Positions 36,241 to 47,610 of a stretch of 64,000 bases of DNA are shown here, one piece after another (the stretch's first letter is position 1; each line of letters begins with the position of its first letter). The stretch lies in assembly GCF_006345805.1 (NCBI RefSeq), contig NC_043002.1, forward strand, positions 119,412,001 to 119,476,000, written 5' to 3'. The stretch comes from Octopus sinensis (taxonomy: Eukaryota). A model generated the notes under the pieces. It was given only the letters and a program-made list of their open reading frames with translations, was not told the origin of the DNA and did not search any database. The position numbers were made by a program, and so were the translations under genes.

Positions 36241-38610
36241 GCCACAAAGCAGAGGAACCATGGTGTAACCCACTATGGTGTGGTAAAAATTTTAGACCCG
36301 AGTCTACATTGCGAATCTTCTGTACCCCAGGATGGTTCAGCTCTCCACCCGTTAAAAGCCACCGTTTATGGAATGAGGATAACAACGTAGCTTTCGCACA
36401 CGTGCAACTGCCAGTCTATCGTGTGTGGTGGGTGGATCTTCAAGTTGCCACGCGCATTCTTAGCTTAGAGTAGGCTCGAATTAGAGATTATTCTTTGTAG
36501 CTAATGGCGTGAGTCCTGATTGGAAGAAGAAGACACCAATATCAGTAACCGTGGAGTAGTTCAATGATAGAAAAGCAGCTAACAATTGCACACTGAGTTT
36601 CATGACTTGCCCGAAGAATATTCATGAAGTTTTATATTGGAGTAAGTTCCTAGAGACATACGTTGATGAGATATAACGGTTGCCTCACTATCAGTCGTTT
36701 TACAGTGTCAACCACGAAATAGCTGACCGTTGACCTTACAATAGGTCCGCTTGTCCTATTCACAGATCCTGTGTTTTGCCTCTTGCGAGTGGAAAACAAT
36801 AACGAACCTGACGATATTTGAACACAGATCATAAGTGCCTTAAAGAAGAGTAATACATGCTAGTTCTACTAATATCTCACCCACATAAAGCAAAAATATT
36901 TGTAAACTCGGATCTGAATTAAATATGCTTTTCTCTCTCCTTTCGTGAGAGGATTTTATTAAAGTCTTTCATGTTAAAACAACTGACATACAGATTTAAG
37001 TATTCTGGCATAAGCCAACATTTAGCGTTCCAACGTCTTCAAATATAACGGTTAGAATATAAACAAACAGATTATCCAAGTTGGTTCTCCTCTGATAATA
37101 AAATCATTTAAGACGCCATTAAGAAGTGAAGTGATGTCTGGTATTGTGAAGATCGGATTCCCCTCTTTGCAAAAATAACCGATGTATTTCTGATGATTGA
37201 ATGGATAAAACCTCATCGAGTAGGCTGTTTAGTACTATACGTATCTTCCAGTTTAGTTAACCGAAAGTGCTGTATACAATTTTCCGAACACCAAATATTC
37301 ATACAGGGTTATTTATCTCAGATGTTTAATGCAACAGAAAGCGTAATTTATTAGTAACCCGAAGGGATTTTGTGGTTTGTGAACAAGTAAGTTTTAAAAA
37401 AAGCGTGGCTATACACAACCATGCTTTGACATTGTGAAACTGGTTGGTGTCTGCACATTTAAATTTTCCAAATGGATCCAAGAACCTCGTATAAATTTAC
37501 TATGATGATTTACTTCAAAGTTGGAGGACGCGAAAATAATCACTTGAGAGTAATATATTCATGTACTGTGGATTCTGTATAACCCTAACCCTAATCATTA
37601 CTATCGGATAGCATTAAAACACGGGCAATGTCTGGGAAGTTTCTGACCATGGCTAGGATTAAGAGTTATTATGGTAAAATATATGGAAAACAAAAAAGAA
37701 TAATAGACTATACTTCAATTTATTACATCTCTGTAATTATAAGTTAGTATTAATTGGAAACCTTGTGGCCATTATAAATTGTATTCAGTAATTCAATTGT
37801 TACGCGAATTGGTAAGACAATTTTAGTCCGATGGGCTATCGTTTGTACTATTTCTGGACTCTCCAGACATTGCAAGTATGCGATCTGCTGCACTTTAGGT
37901 AGAAATTGTTCACCAATTCGATTGTTGTGGAAGCAACGAACTTTTTTCTATTTCTACTTACACTAATACAACACATCAATTTAGAACATAAATATAGGGC
38001 TGCATGAATCGCTTTATTTTCTAAGTAACCCCACTTCAGTTGAATATTATTGATGATTCAAAATTACGTTAATGAACATTTACTTTTACTTCCGGAAGTG
38101 AGTGTAACAATACGTGGAAACATTCATTTCCCGTCTGTGCAAGGATACAATTTTCTCGCAAATGAGTTATTGATGATGTAATTGAGATTATTCATTTGTA
38201 TGAAGCGTTTATATAATTATTAACCATACTTCAAGGTTCTTTCTATTTCCGACTGTTTGATATATTAGCTTATTCTTTCGAAATAAGCTCCAACAATATG
38301 ACCTATATAGAAACAAATACAATTTGTAATTCAGCCATGCATTATATACAGTAGCGTTGCTTACAATCTCGCATACAACGATACAAAGAATTGCACAAAA
38401 GGAGTCAAAAAGTTCATTTGTAAAGGTTTAAAATTTGATGTTTCTGATAAAATATTAGCGAAGTTACTGTAAAATATATTTTTCTCCTGACCTTAAATAT
38501 TACTTTTACATCATTTTGATCTATTTGTTAGTGGGAATTGTAGTTGAAATTGATAAAAATTGGGTCCAACATTGGAAGAGGAGAGTTGCAAAACTGCATT
38601 TTTAGTTTTC

Positions 38611-39164
38611 GGAATGGTAATTCATCAACATATGCATCTAAAATAGAAATTAGAGACCCTTCAGAAGCAGAAATATAAGTATGTGCTTTCCCGGTGATAT
38701 ATACCGGGAGTGGAGGCGCAATGGCCCAGTGGTTAGGGCAGCGGACTCGCAGTCATAGGATCGTGGTTTCGATTCCCAGACCGGGCGTTGTGAGTGTTTA
38801 TTGAGCGAAAACACCTAAAAGCTCCACGAGGCTCCGGCAGGGGATGGTGGTGATCCCTGCTGTACTCTTTCACCACAACTTTCTCTCACTCTTACTTCCT
38901 GTTTCTGTTGTACCTGTATTTCAAAGGGCCGGCCTTGTCACTCTCTGTGTCACGCTGAATATCCCCGAGAACTACGTTAAGGGTACACGTGTCTGTGGAG
39001 TGCTCAGCCACTTACACGTTAATTTCACGAGCAGGCTGTTCCGTTGATTCGGATCAACCGGAACCCTCGTCGTCGTAACCGACAGAGTGCTTCCATCCCA
39101 TATACCGGGAAGGCACATACTTATATTTCTGTTTTAGATGCATATGTTGATGAATTACCATTCC
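38611..39164. mobile_element. Palindromic MITE-like element split by a SINE
   Basis: 38611-38695 is the reverse complement of 39103-39164 apart from a ~24-bp insertion. Confidence 0.65.
38710..39099 (+). mobile_element. SINE family C, full length
   Basis: 11-bp TSD ATATACCGGGA (38699-38709, 39100-39110). Confidence 0.92.
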
Positions 39165-39497
39165 AGTGTACATTCTATAAAACACTGAGTTATTATCGTA
39201 ATAACAACTCACGAATGCACGAGTGAGCAGGTGTCTATCCTTCTGTCGTTTCACAGGTTTCTGTCATTGGACTAACGCCATTTTCAGGTTACAACGTCTT
39301 GCGTACGGATAAGAATACTCACGTATGGAGTTACATCGCTTTAGGAACTTAAATTCCATAATGTACCTGTATTAAATATGCCAGTTTACACTGGTATGCA
39401 CAGATACACAAGCAAACAAGCATACACAAACACACGCATTCACGCACACATACACACACTCGAAGTCACACACATACACACAAAGAGAATGCATATA

Positions 39498-39888
39498 TAC
39501 TCTTTACTCTTTTATTTGTTTCAGTCATTTGACTGCGGCCATGCTGGAGCACCGCCTTTAATCGAGCAACTCGACCCCGGGACTTATTCTTTGTAAGCCC
39601 TGTACTTATTCTATCGGTCTCTTTTGCCGAACCGCTAAGTGACGGGGACGTAAACACACCAGCATCGGTTGTCAAGCAATGCTAGGGAGACAAACACAGA
39701 CACACATACATATATATACATATATACGACAGGCTTCTTTCAGTTTTCGTCTACCAAATCCACTCACAAGTTTTAGTCGACCCGAGGCTATAGTAGAAGA
39801 CACTTGCCCAAGGTGCCACGCAGTGGGACTGAACCCGCAACCATGTGGCTGGTTAGCAAGCTACTTACCACACAGCCACTCCTGCGCC
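39498..39888 (-). mobile_element. SINE family A
   Basis: Full copy. Confidence 0.92.
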
Positions 39889-39949
39889 TATGTATGTGTG
39901 TATGCCAAAACGATTGCTATTTGAACTTGTAATTGGAATATAACTTCTT

Positions 39950-41160
39950 AGCGAACAAGGAAACCTTTTCTGAAAGCTTAATTAGAATCATTTTCATCCA
40001 ATTTATAAAAGACGTTCATATCATGTAGAAAATATTGAGTATCAGTAATCCGTTTCCAATGCTGCAAATCTTGCGTTTTATCACTAAAGCAGCGGAGGAA
40101 AACTTTCTTTAGAAGCTTCCACCGATATCATATTATTTATCTAGCTGCAGGTCAGGTAATTCATTTTGTGAAAAGTAGCCAGAGATTTAGAATTCCATTC
40201 TAAACTTATCCCAAAATAACCACCAGTTTATTATGAAAGTCATTTTAACTCCTCCTTTTGCTTTCGCGATTCCAGCAGATGCTGGTTATTTATCAAGCAT
40301 CTTGTTTCGAATGCATCTTCGTTCAAGGTTTATGTTACAATATGATATCTAAAAATTTGATTTCGAAGATCGATTCTCCGTACTTTCACATCGCTACATT
40401 TCTATTTCTGATAATGTCCTTTCTAACCAAAACATCTTTCCTTTCGCATTTCCGTCCTCAACATCCTTGAAATAATAATATGTAATTGAATTCTGCAACC
40501 ACAGCTGATTCCGAACTACTACTTTCAGACTGAATAGAAAAGTCAAGTTGTACGGTAACTATTTCTTGCACAATATTACATATCTAAAGCAAGCATAATA
40601 CAGTAAGAAGTATTCAGCAGCTTATTCCACCTCCAAACTATTCTTAATAACGCTAACCTGCATCATATCACATATATAACGACAATATATTACTGAGTAA
40701 GGTATCTGGCAACGCACTACCTGTCTTAAGTATTTTACCGATAGGTATGACAATTGGCACTATATTGTATAGCTCAAGTATTTTTATAGGCTCAATCGTG
40801 GAGGCGCAATGGCCCAGTGTCGCGGTCATAGGATCGCGGTTTCGATTCCCAGACCGGGCGTTGTGAGTGTTTATTGAGCGAAAACACCTAAAGCTCCACG
40901 AGGCTCTGGCAGGGATGGTGGTGATCCCTGCTGTACTCATTCACCACAACTTTCTCTCACTCTTTCTTCCTGTACCTGTATTTCAAAGGGCCGGCCTTGT
41001 CACTCTCTGTGTCACCCTGAATATCCCCGAGAACTACGTTAAGGGTACACGTGTCTGTGGAGTGCTCAGCCACTTACACGTTAATTTCACGGAACCCTCG
41101 TCGTCGTAACCGACGGAGTGCTTCCATATAGGCTCAGGTGTGTCTGTTTCGTAAGAAATC
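39950..41160 (-). pseudogene. Decayed intronless family-B DNA polymerase (ExoIII, region II, III, I), interrupted by a SINE
   Basis: After removing SINE C: YETDTPEPIKILELYNIV.., FGGGISC..VTVQLDFS (40536-40547), GVKMTFIIN/TGGYFG (40210-40250), NG-TDTQYF (~40030-40053). Confidence 0.55.
40798..41126 (+). mobile_element. SINE family C with internal deletions
   Basis: TSD TATAGGCTCA (40785-40794, 41127-41136). Confidence 0.9.
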
Positions 41161-41550
41161 AGGTGCAGGCGTGGTTGTGTGGTAAGAAGCTTGCTTTCAA
41201 ATCACGTGTTTCTAAGATCAGTTCTACTGCGTGGCGCCTTGTGAGTGGATCTGGTAGACGGAAACTGAACGAAGCCTGTCGTACACACACACACACATAA
41301 ACGCATGTGTGTGATTGCGTGTGTTCGTGTCTGTGTTTGTCTCCCCACCACCGTTCGACAACCGGCGTTTGTGTGTTTACGTCCTTGTAACTTAGTAGCT
41401 CGACAAAAGAAACCGATAGAATGAAGTCCAAGGCTTAACAAAAAGATTAAATACTAGGGTCAACTCATTTGACTAAAAAGATTCTTGAAGGTGGTGCCCC
41501 AGCATGGTCGCAGTCTAATGGTTAAAACAGGTCAAGCATAGAATATAAAA
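41161..41550 (+). mobile_element. SINE family A, diverged
   Basis: Head, internal AC/GT tract and tail recognisable. Confidence 0.78.
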
Positions 41551-41679
41551 GATATAACAGAGGCAGGAAAGGTATAGTAAACGAGTAAAGGGATGTTAAA
41601 TAACTTACAAGATAACGATATCTTACAATATATCTTATAATAGGCGCAGGCGTAGCCGTGCGGTAAGAAGCTTGCTTCC

Positions 41680-43603
41680 GGTTGAACTGTGAAGACGTCT
41701 AGCTTTGAGCTCCGTCCTAAAAAGAAAAAAGAACAAAAACAGTGTTCTTCACGCACCTGTTGAAGTCGTCACGCTGGTATGCAGCTGGCGAAAGTTGAAC
41801 TGAAAGACGCTTTACTGTAAGGTAAGACTTTTTGCTTTTTGAGTCCGGTAGGATTTGTTGCCTGTTGGTTTTATTTTTTTGAACAGGCAAGGAGTCCTTA
41901 CTGGATTCGGAGCTTTTTGTCTGCCTTGCGGTGGAGACGTGTGTGTTGTCTCACATAATTGTGAGAAATTGTATTTGAAAATGTTAGTGTCCACGTGGAT
42001 TAAAAGGATTGGCCAGGAGTACCTTTCGGCCGAAAATGTATTTCTTTGCCTGGATTTGAACTCTCTTTTCACAGCTATCATTTATTATATATAAAAAAAG
42101 AACTTTATTTGAACTGTTATTTTTATTTTTTCTTCCCTTCTGTTGTGTCTTCTTTCTTTTTTTGAGTATCTTTCTTTATTTGAAAACGTATTGACGAACT
42201 GTATTTGAACTTTTTATTTAAAAAAAATGGCAAAGGAAATATTAGTGTGGGAATTAACACCTCCCAAATCATGGCTAAAAGAGCTCGAAAGGAAGACGGT
42301 GGTGTTGGGGACTTATTCAAAGTCGCTCGATACCATAACCGTCTTCCCGAAAGCCACAATTTTGAAAGAGCTGGCAGAATACATGCCAGCTATTAAATTT
42401 ATTTCACGGGGAGTCAAATTTGCAACGGTCTGGTTGCTATTTGACTCCCCCAAAGAAGCTTGTGATTTTGCAAGCCGGCTCCTCGAGGGGAAGGAAATAA
42501 TGTGTCTTCCCAGATATTGTGGAAATAAATTAACGAGGGCTTGTGTTTGCGGCTTGCCACCCGGAATAGAGCCCGAGTGGATAGGGGACTCTATCCGCCG
42601 GGGTCTGGGTGGTAGCAGTACCAAGCTGCTCAACGTAAAAATTTTGCCTGCGGCTGATTGGGAGGGGTCAATCAGCTGAAAGTCTGGTTTTCCCAGATCT
42701 TTTGAGGATGGCCGGGTATAGGTATCCGGTGATGCTCGAGGGACGCCTCCCTCAAGTGTCACCTGTGCCTGGAGACCGGCCACATAAAAAACTACCCCAA
42801 GGACCAAAATAGGATCCTGGAGCAGTTAACAGAGAAACCACTCCCTGCTCCCTCAATGGAGGGAGAGAAGGAGGAGGATATCGAGGAAGTTTCCACCTCC
42901 TCGAAAAAACGAAAGCGAAAGGTGGGCAACAATGGTTGCCCACCGAAGAATCCGAGAGCTGCAGGAGAAAAGGGAAAAAGAAAAGAAAAAAGAAAAACGG
43001 GACATTGCCGGCGTGTCCCGATTCTCCTTTGCTGGGTGTGCGGCTGGAGGAGGAATTTTTGGTCCTCTTCCACAAGGGAGGAACCTTGCAAAATGAAATA
43101 AAAAAAATTGAAAGGAAGTGCCGGTGGGAGGGGCTTCTGTCCTACACGGAGGACCCTGAGTGGCCTTCGCAGGTGGTTGCGGAGGTCATATGGGAGAACG
43201 ATCTGTACAGGATAACGGACTCCTTCCCGAAGGACTCCTTCAGATTTATGTTGAAACCTTTAAGTTCGAAACGGACCAGGTGCTTCGATGAAGCGAGGAG
43301 CCTGGCCGGGCGGAAAAATTGAAGAGGTGTATTACCTCAAAAAGAGACTAAAAATGTAAAAAGTGAGAGGATTATTGCCTCGTGTTTGTGTTTTATTTTT
43401 AATTTTGAACTGTGTAAGAGTTTTAAAAAAAAACAGAAAAAAAAAGAACAATGTTTTAGAGAAGCGAAAGTCGGCGGGCGTTTTTTGTCTTCTCCCATCC
43501 TTATCATCTTTCTTTCATTATCATTCATTTCATTAATGTCCTTGTCCAGCGTGCAAAGCTACTTTACTCTATGTACTGCCTTTATGGCAAATGTAATGAA
43601 ATA
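41680..43603 (+). mobile_element. ORF1-only (HAL1-like) L1/Tx1-type non-autonomous retroelement
   Basis: 15-bp TSD AAGAAGCTTGCTTCC (41665-41679, 43604-43618); ~550-bp 5' UTR, one gag-like ORF, short 3' UTR ending at AATAAA; no room for ORF2. Confidence 0.75.
42227..43322 (+). pseudogene. Frameshifted ORF1/gag-like protein (RRM-like region, zinc knuckle, basic tract)
   Basis: ORFs 42227-42679 and 42936-43322 are joined by VMLEGRLP/KCHLCLETGHIKNYP (CX2CX4H knuckle at ~42757-42798) and a Lys/Arg-rich stretch. Confidence 0.7.
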
Positions 43604-44147
43604 AAGAAGCTTGCTTCCCAACCACATGGTTTCCAGTTCAGTCCCACTGCGTGGCACCTTGGGCAAGTGTCCTCTACTATAGCTTCGGGACGACCAAAGT
43701 CTTGTGAGTGGATTTGGTAAATGGAAACTCAAAGAAGCCCGTCAGATGTAAACAAGCAAATGAGATCAAAGATGAAAATGGGTATTGAGTATATATGCCA
43801 TATTTAGGGGATTTTTTGCCCCTTCATCAGCCTCGAACACATTGCTTAAATACCCACTACACCACATAACAGTGTAAAGTTAATTTTGGAGAATACTTGA
43901 TTTTTGAGATTACCACTTACATTTCTTACTAATTGCCACCAAGCTGTTGGTTTACCATCTCTGGAAGATAATTCACCAAGTCAAGAATGTTCCCTCTACA
44001 TACATATATTATTGGCAAAATTCAAATTTGTAACTTGAAAACATTTTTAAAATGTTTAAAAAAGAAGAATTATGTTACATTTACTATAATTGTTTATCTC
44101 TCAAAGTGTTATGTACAAATGTATGTCATTATATGTATGTACTGATG

Positions 44148-44189
<42 letters not shown>

Positions 44190-44192
<3 letters not shown>

Positions 44193-44475
44193 GAATTGGA
44201 CATAAGTGGCATCAAATGCGCTGGTATGGTCATGTGATGCATATGGACGTAGACAGATGAGTGAGGAAGTGCCGATGTCAAAAGGTAGAGGGAACCTGTG
44301 GAAGAGGTAGATCCGGGAAGACACGGGACGAAGCGAGGAAGCATGATCTTTGAGCGTTGGTTCTCACAGAATCAATGACAAGTGACCGAGACCTTTGGAG
44401 ATATGCCGTATTTGAGAAGACCCGTTAAACCAAGTGAAATCGTAGTCGTGGCCGATGCCAGTGGCGCGTAACTGT
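44190..44475 (+). mobile_element. RTE LINE 3' fragment
   Basis: MRWYGHVMHMD..KVEGTCGRGRSGKT..MTSDRDLWRYAV. Confidence 0.8.
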
Positions 44476-44594
44476 TGTTTTTTCTTTTTCTTCTCGTTTA
44501 TTTTGCACATATGTATGTATGTGTGTGTGTGCTTGTTTGTATGTATGTATGTATGTATGTATGTATGTATGTATGTTATGTATGTATGTATATA

Positions 44595-44660
<66 letters not shown>

Positions 44661-44661
<1 letters not shown>

Positions 44662-44880
44662 CACGAGCATAGGCTGAAAAGCTCCTGGCTTTGCGTAAAG
44701 GCAAATACAGGAAAATCAGTTAATTATGATTTTACTCAACACATTCTCCTCTCAGATCCACATAATCATTGCAGCGATTTTTCAGTTTTTATAAGCCCTG
44801 TAAAAGAACTCTTAAGGTTGAGCCCCCAATTAGACCTTTCGAGATACCCTTAAAGCCGGGAGGTTTTCGGAACCCCCTCT
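44661..44880 (-). mobile_element. mariner 3' end remnant
   Basis: Minus strand ..VDLRGECVE* (mariner C-terminus) followed by a TIR-like end at a TA tract. Confidence 0.55.
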
Positions 44881-45115
44881 TATATATATGTATGTATATA
44901 TTTGTGTATGTATGTATATCTATGCAATTTATGTGTATATATATATATTATATATATGTATATGTATCTATAACTATATCCGTATCTATCCATACATCTG
45001 TCCCTCCGTCCGTTCGTCCATCCACCCATCCATCCATCCATCCATCCATCCATCCATCCATCCATCATCTATCTATCAATGTATCTATCTATCTATATAT
45101 CTATCTATCTATCTG

Positions 45116-45150
<35 letters not shown>

Positions 45151-45207
45151 GTCTATCTGTCTGTCTGTCTGTCTGTCTGTTGTCTGTCTGTCTGTCTGTC
45201 TGTCTGT

Positions 45208-45241
<34 letters not shown>

Positions 45242-45267
45242 TCTATATCTATCTATCTATCTATCTA

Positions 45268-45322
<55 letters not shown>

Positions 45323-45343
45323 GTCTATCTGTCTGTCTATCTG

Positions 45344-45380
<37 letters not shown>

Positions 45381-45640
45381 ATCTATCTATCTCCACTATA
45401 CATTTCCATATAACTTTTATTGAGTTGCAAAGTTATCTGTACGACAGGCCCTATTGTTAAATTCATTGCACTTGTCAACTCTTCACGTATCTGTATAAGT
45501 AACATGTATGCACACACATGCACACACACATACACAATCGTGTATATATGTATGTATGTATGTATGTATGTTATGTATGTATGTATGTATGTATGTATGT
45601 ATATGTATGTATGTATGTATGCATGTATATACACATACAT
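44880..45640. repeat. Compound (TCCA)n(TATC)n(TGTC)n(TATG)n microsatellites
   Basis: Direct observation. Confidence 0.92.
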
Positions 45641-46200
45641 TCTCTAGGAAAGGGAATCAGGAAGGGAAAGATGAAATAAATACAACTATATTTTCACCTA
45701 CCGAAATATCAGACATCAATGAAGGGTAAATAATTATGGACAATGTATCGATAATGTCAAGGGAAGTAATTAACTAGAAACTGGTATTGTTTTCTTCGAC
45801 AGTTACAGTGGAGTCTTATAGTGAGAGAATATAGAACTAACTTCGAGTCAACCTTAGCTGACTATATTTTCGACTAATTACAAAGGTAATGAATATTGTA
45901 TTGTTAGAATATATTAATAACTATGAATCCAAGCTAGTTAACTTGATTGTCTATTAATTTATGCTTCATATTGCAATTTTGATTCTGCGATATTTAATCA
46001 TCAAGGCATATAACTGGCTCTACTTCAGTTTACATTGGTGAAATGCAACGCATGGTGAGTGTAGTGTTCACAGCTGTATGCGAATGTTCTATAATTGCAA
46101 AGCTCAGACGAAATATCTACACGAATGGCAACAGCATGGACTGTCCGGGACAGTTATGAATGTTAACTGTTTAAGTCTATGCAAAGTCGAAATAATTTTC

Positions 46201-46360
46201 AAGGCATGGCTATGTGGTAAGAAGTTTGCTTCCAAACCACATGGTTTCGGGTTCAGTCCCACTGTGTGGTGCTTTGGGCAAGTGTCTACTACGATAGCTT
46301 TGGGCTGACCGAAGTCTTTTGAGTGGTTTTGGGTATTGGAAAATTAAAGAAGCCTTGGTT
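46201..46360 (+). mobile_element. SINE family A 5' half
   Basis: Head match ending at the internal TA tract. Confidence 0.8.
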
Positions 46361-46423
<63 letters not shown>

Positions 46424-47137
46424 TATGTATGTGTGTGTATGTGTGTGTGTTCCTCTGTTTACACAGTCACTGTGGTTTGAAGAATGAGATCTTATCAATC
46501 ATTACGTCAACCGAGTCTCTACTGTATACATGACCACCAACAGTAACTCGCCTTTATATGTCTCCATTTCCTAAACTAACAGTAACTAAAAATATTCCAC
46601 TTTATAACCTAATAGCAACTAAAATGTTCCTTTTAATAACATTTTATAATCGGACATTAAACGCAATTCTAAGCTCGTTTTCTCTTCCTGTATTATCCAA
46701 TGGCGAAGAAACTTTCGTATTGGGAGACCTTTTGCTATGAACAGATCTAAGATATTGGTAGTTTATGAAAAAAGACTCATCAGTTCCGTGCTTTTATTGC
46801 CGATTCAGTCAAAGCGAGTCCTGCAGAAAGGAAAGAATAAAAAAAAACAACAACTTTTGAGTTCTGTTGCAGAGGAAAATGGTGTTTCAAGCAAGGTAAC
46901 TAACGTAATCTATATAATCTATATTGTAAAAAAACAAAACAAACAAAAACATTTTTTTTCGGTTCATCAATTGTATGTGGTTTTATGGGACAAAATAATA
47001 TATACCCTCCCACCAAAAATCCGTTTGTGTAAATCGGAGATATGGAATTTCACTATGAAGTATTATAATTAAACGCAGAATTAAATCCAAAATAAGATCA
47101 CGATGATGTAATATCATTTCAATTTAATTGTTAAGTT

Positions 47138-47352
47138 ATGGTGGTGAGTTGACAGAATCGTTAGAGCCCAGGCAAAATGCTTAGCACCATTTTGTCTGCC
47201 ATCACTTTCTGGGTTCTAATTCCACCGAGGTGGACTTTTCTTCCATCATTTCAAGGTCTATAAAATATGTACAAGTTGAAGACTGGGATTGATATAATCA
47301 ACTTACCCACTCCTCCAGAAGTTGCTGGCCTTGTGTCAAAACTTGAAACCCA
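47138..47352 (+). mobile_element. SINE family B, old diverged copy
   Basis: Degenerate head, core and tail. Confidence 0.72.
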
Positions 47353-47457
47353 TTTAATTGTTAAATTGCATACGTAGAAAATGCGTTGGGAGTATACAAA
47401 TTAACTAAAACAGAATTGTGATATGAAAGTTGCTGATTAGCTCCAAGTTAGTGCTGA

Positions 47458-47576
47458 TTAGCAGTATAATCCGGCTTTGCCCGGGATTAAGTTACGATTA
47501 TTAAGCTAATCAAGTTCTTTATTTCAAACCAAACTAAGTAATATCGACGTCAAATTTAGGCGAAATCTGTTGAAAT

Positions 47577-47610
<34 letters not shown>

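Larger units (their letters stand above)
41642..43745 (+). mobile_element. SINE family A 5' half split by a 1.9-kb insertion (41642-41679 plus 43604-43745)
   Basis: Head AGGCGCAGGCGTAGCCGTGCGGTAAGAAGCTTGCTTCC resumes as CAACCACATGGTT.. after the insert. Confidence 0.88.

Noticed and set aside
37580-37597. Telomeric TAACCC repeat
   Set aside because: Only about two units; not a telomere or meaningful interstitial array.
39950-41160. Polinton/Maverick protein-primed PolB as the source of the polymerase fossil
   Set aside because: Motif spacing looks too compact for TPR insertions, and no TIRs or integrase are seen; not fully excluded without a profile search.
46780-46860. Strong minus-strand splice acceptor followed by LALTESAIKARN*
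   Set aside because: Possible terminal exon, but too short to support without transcripts.
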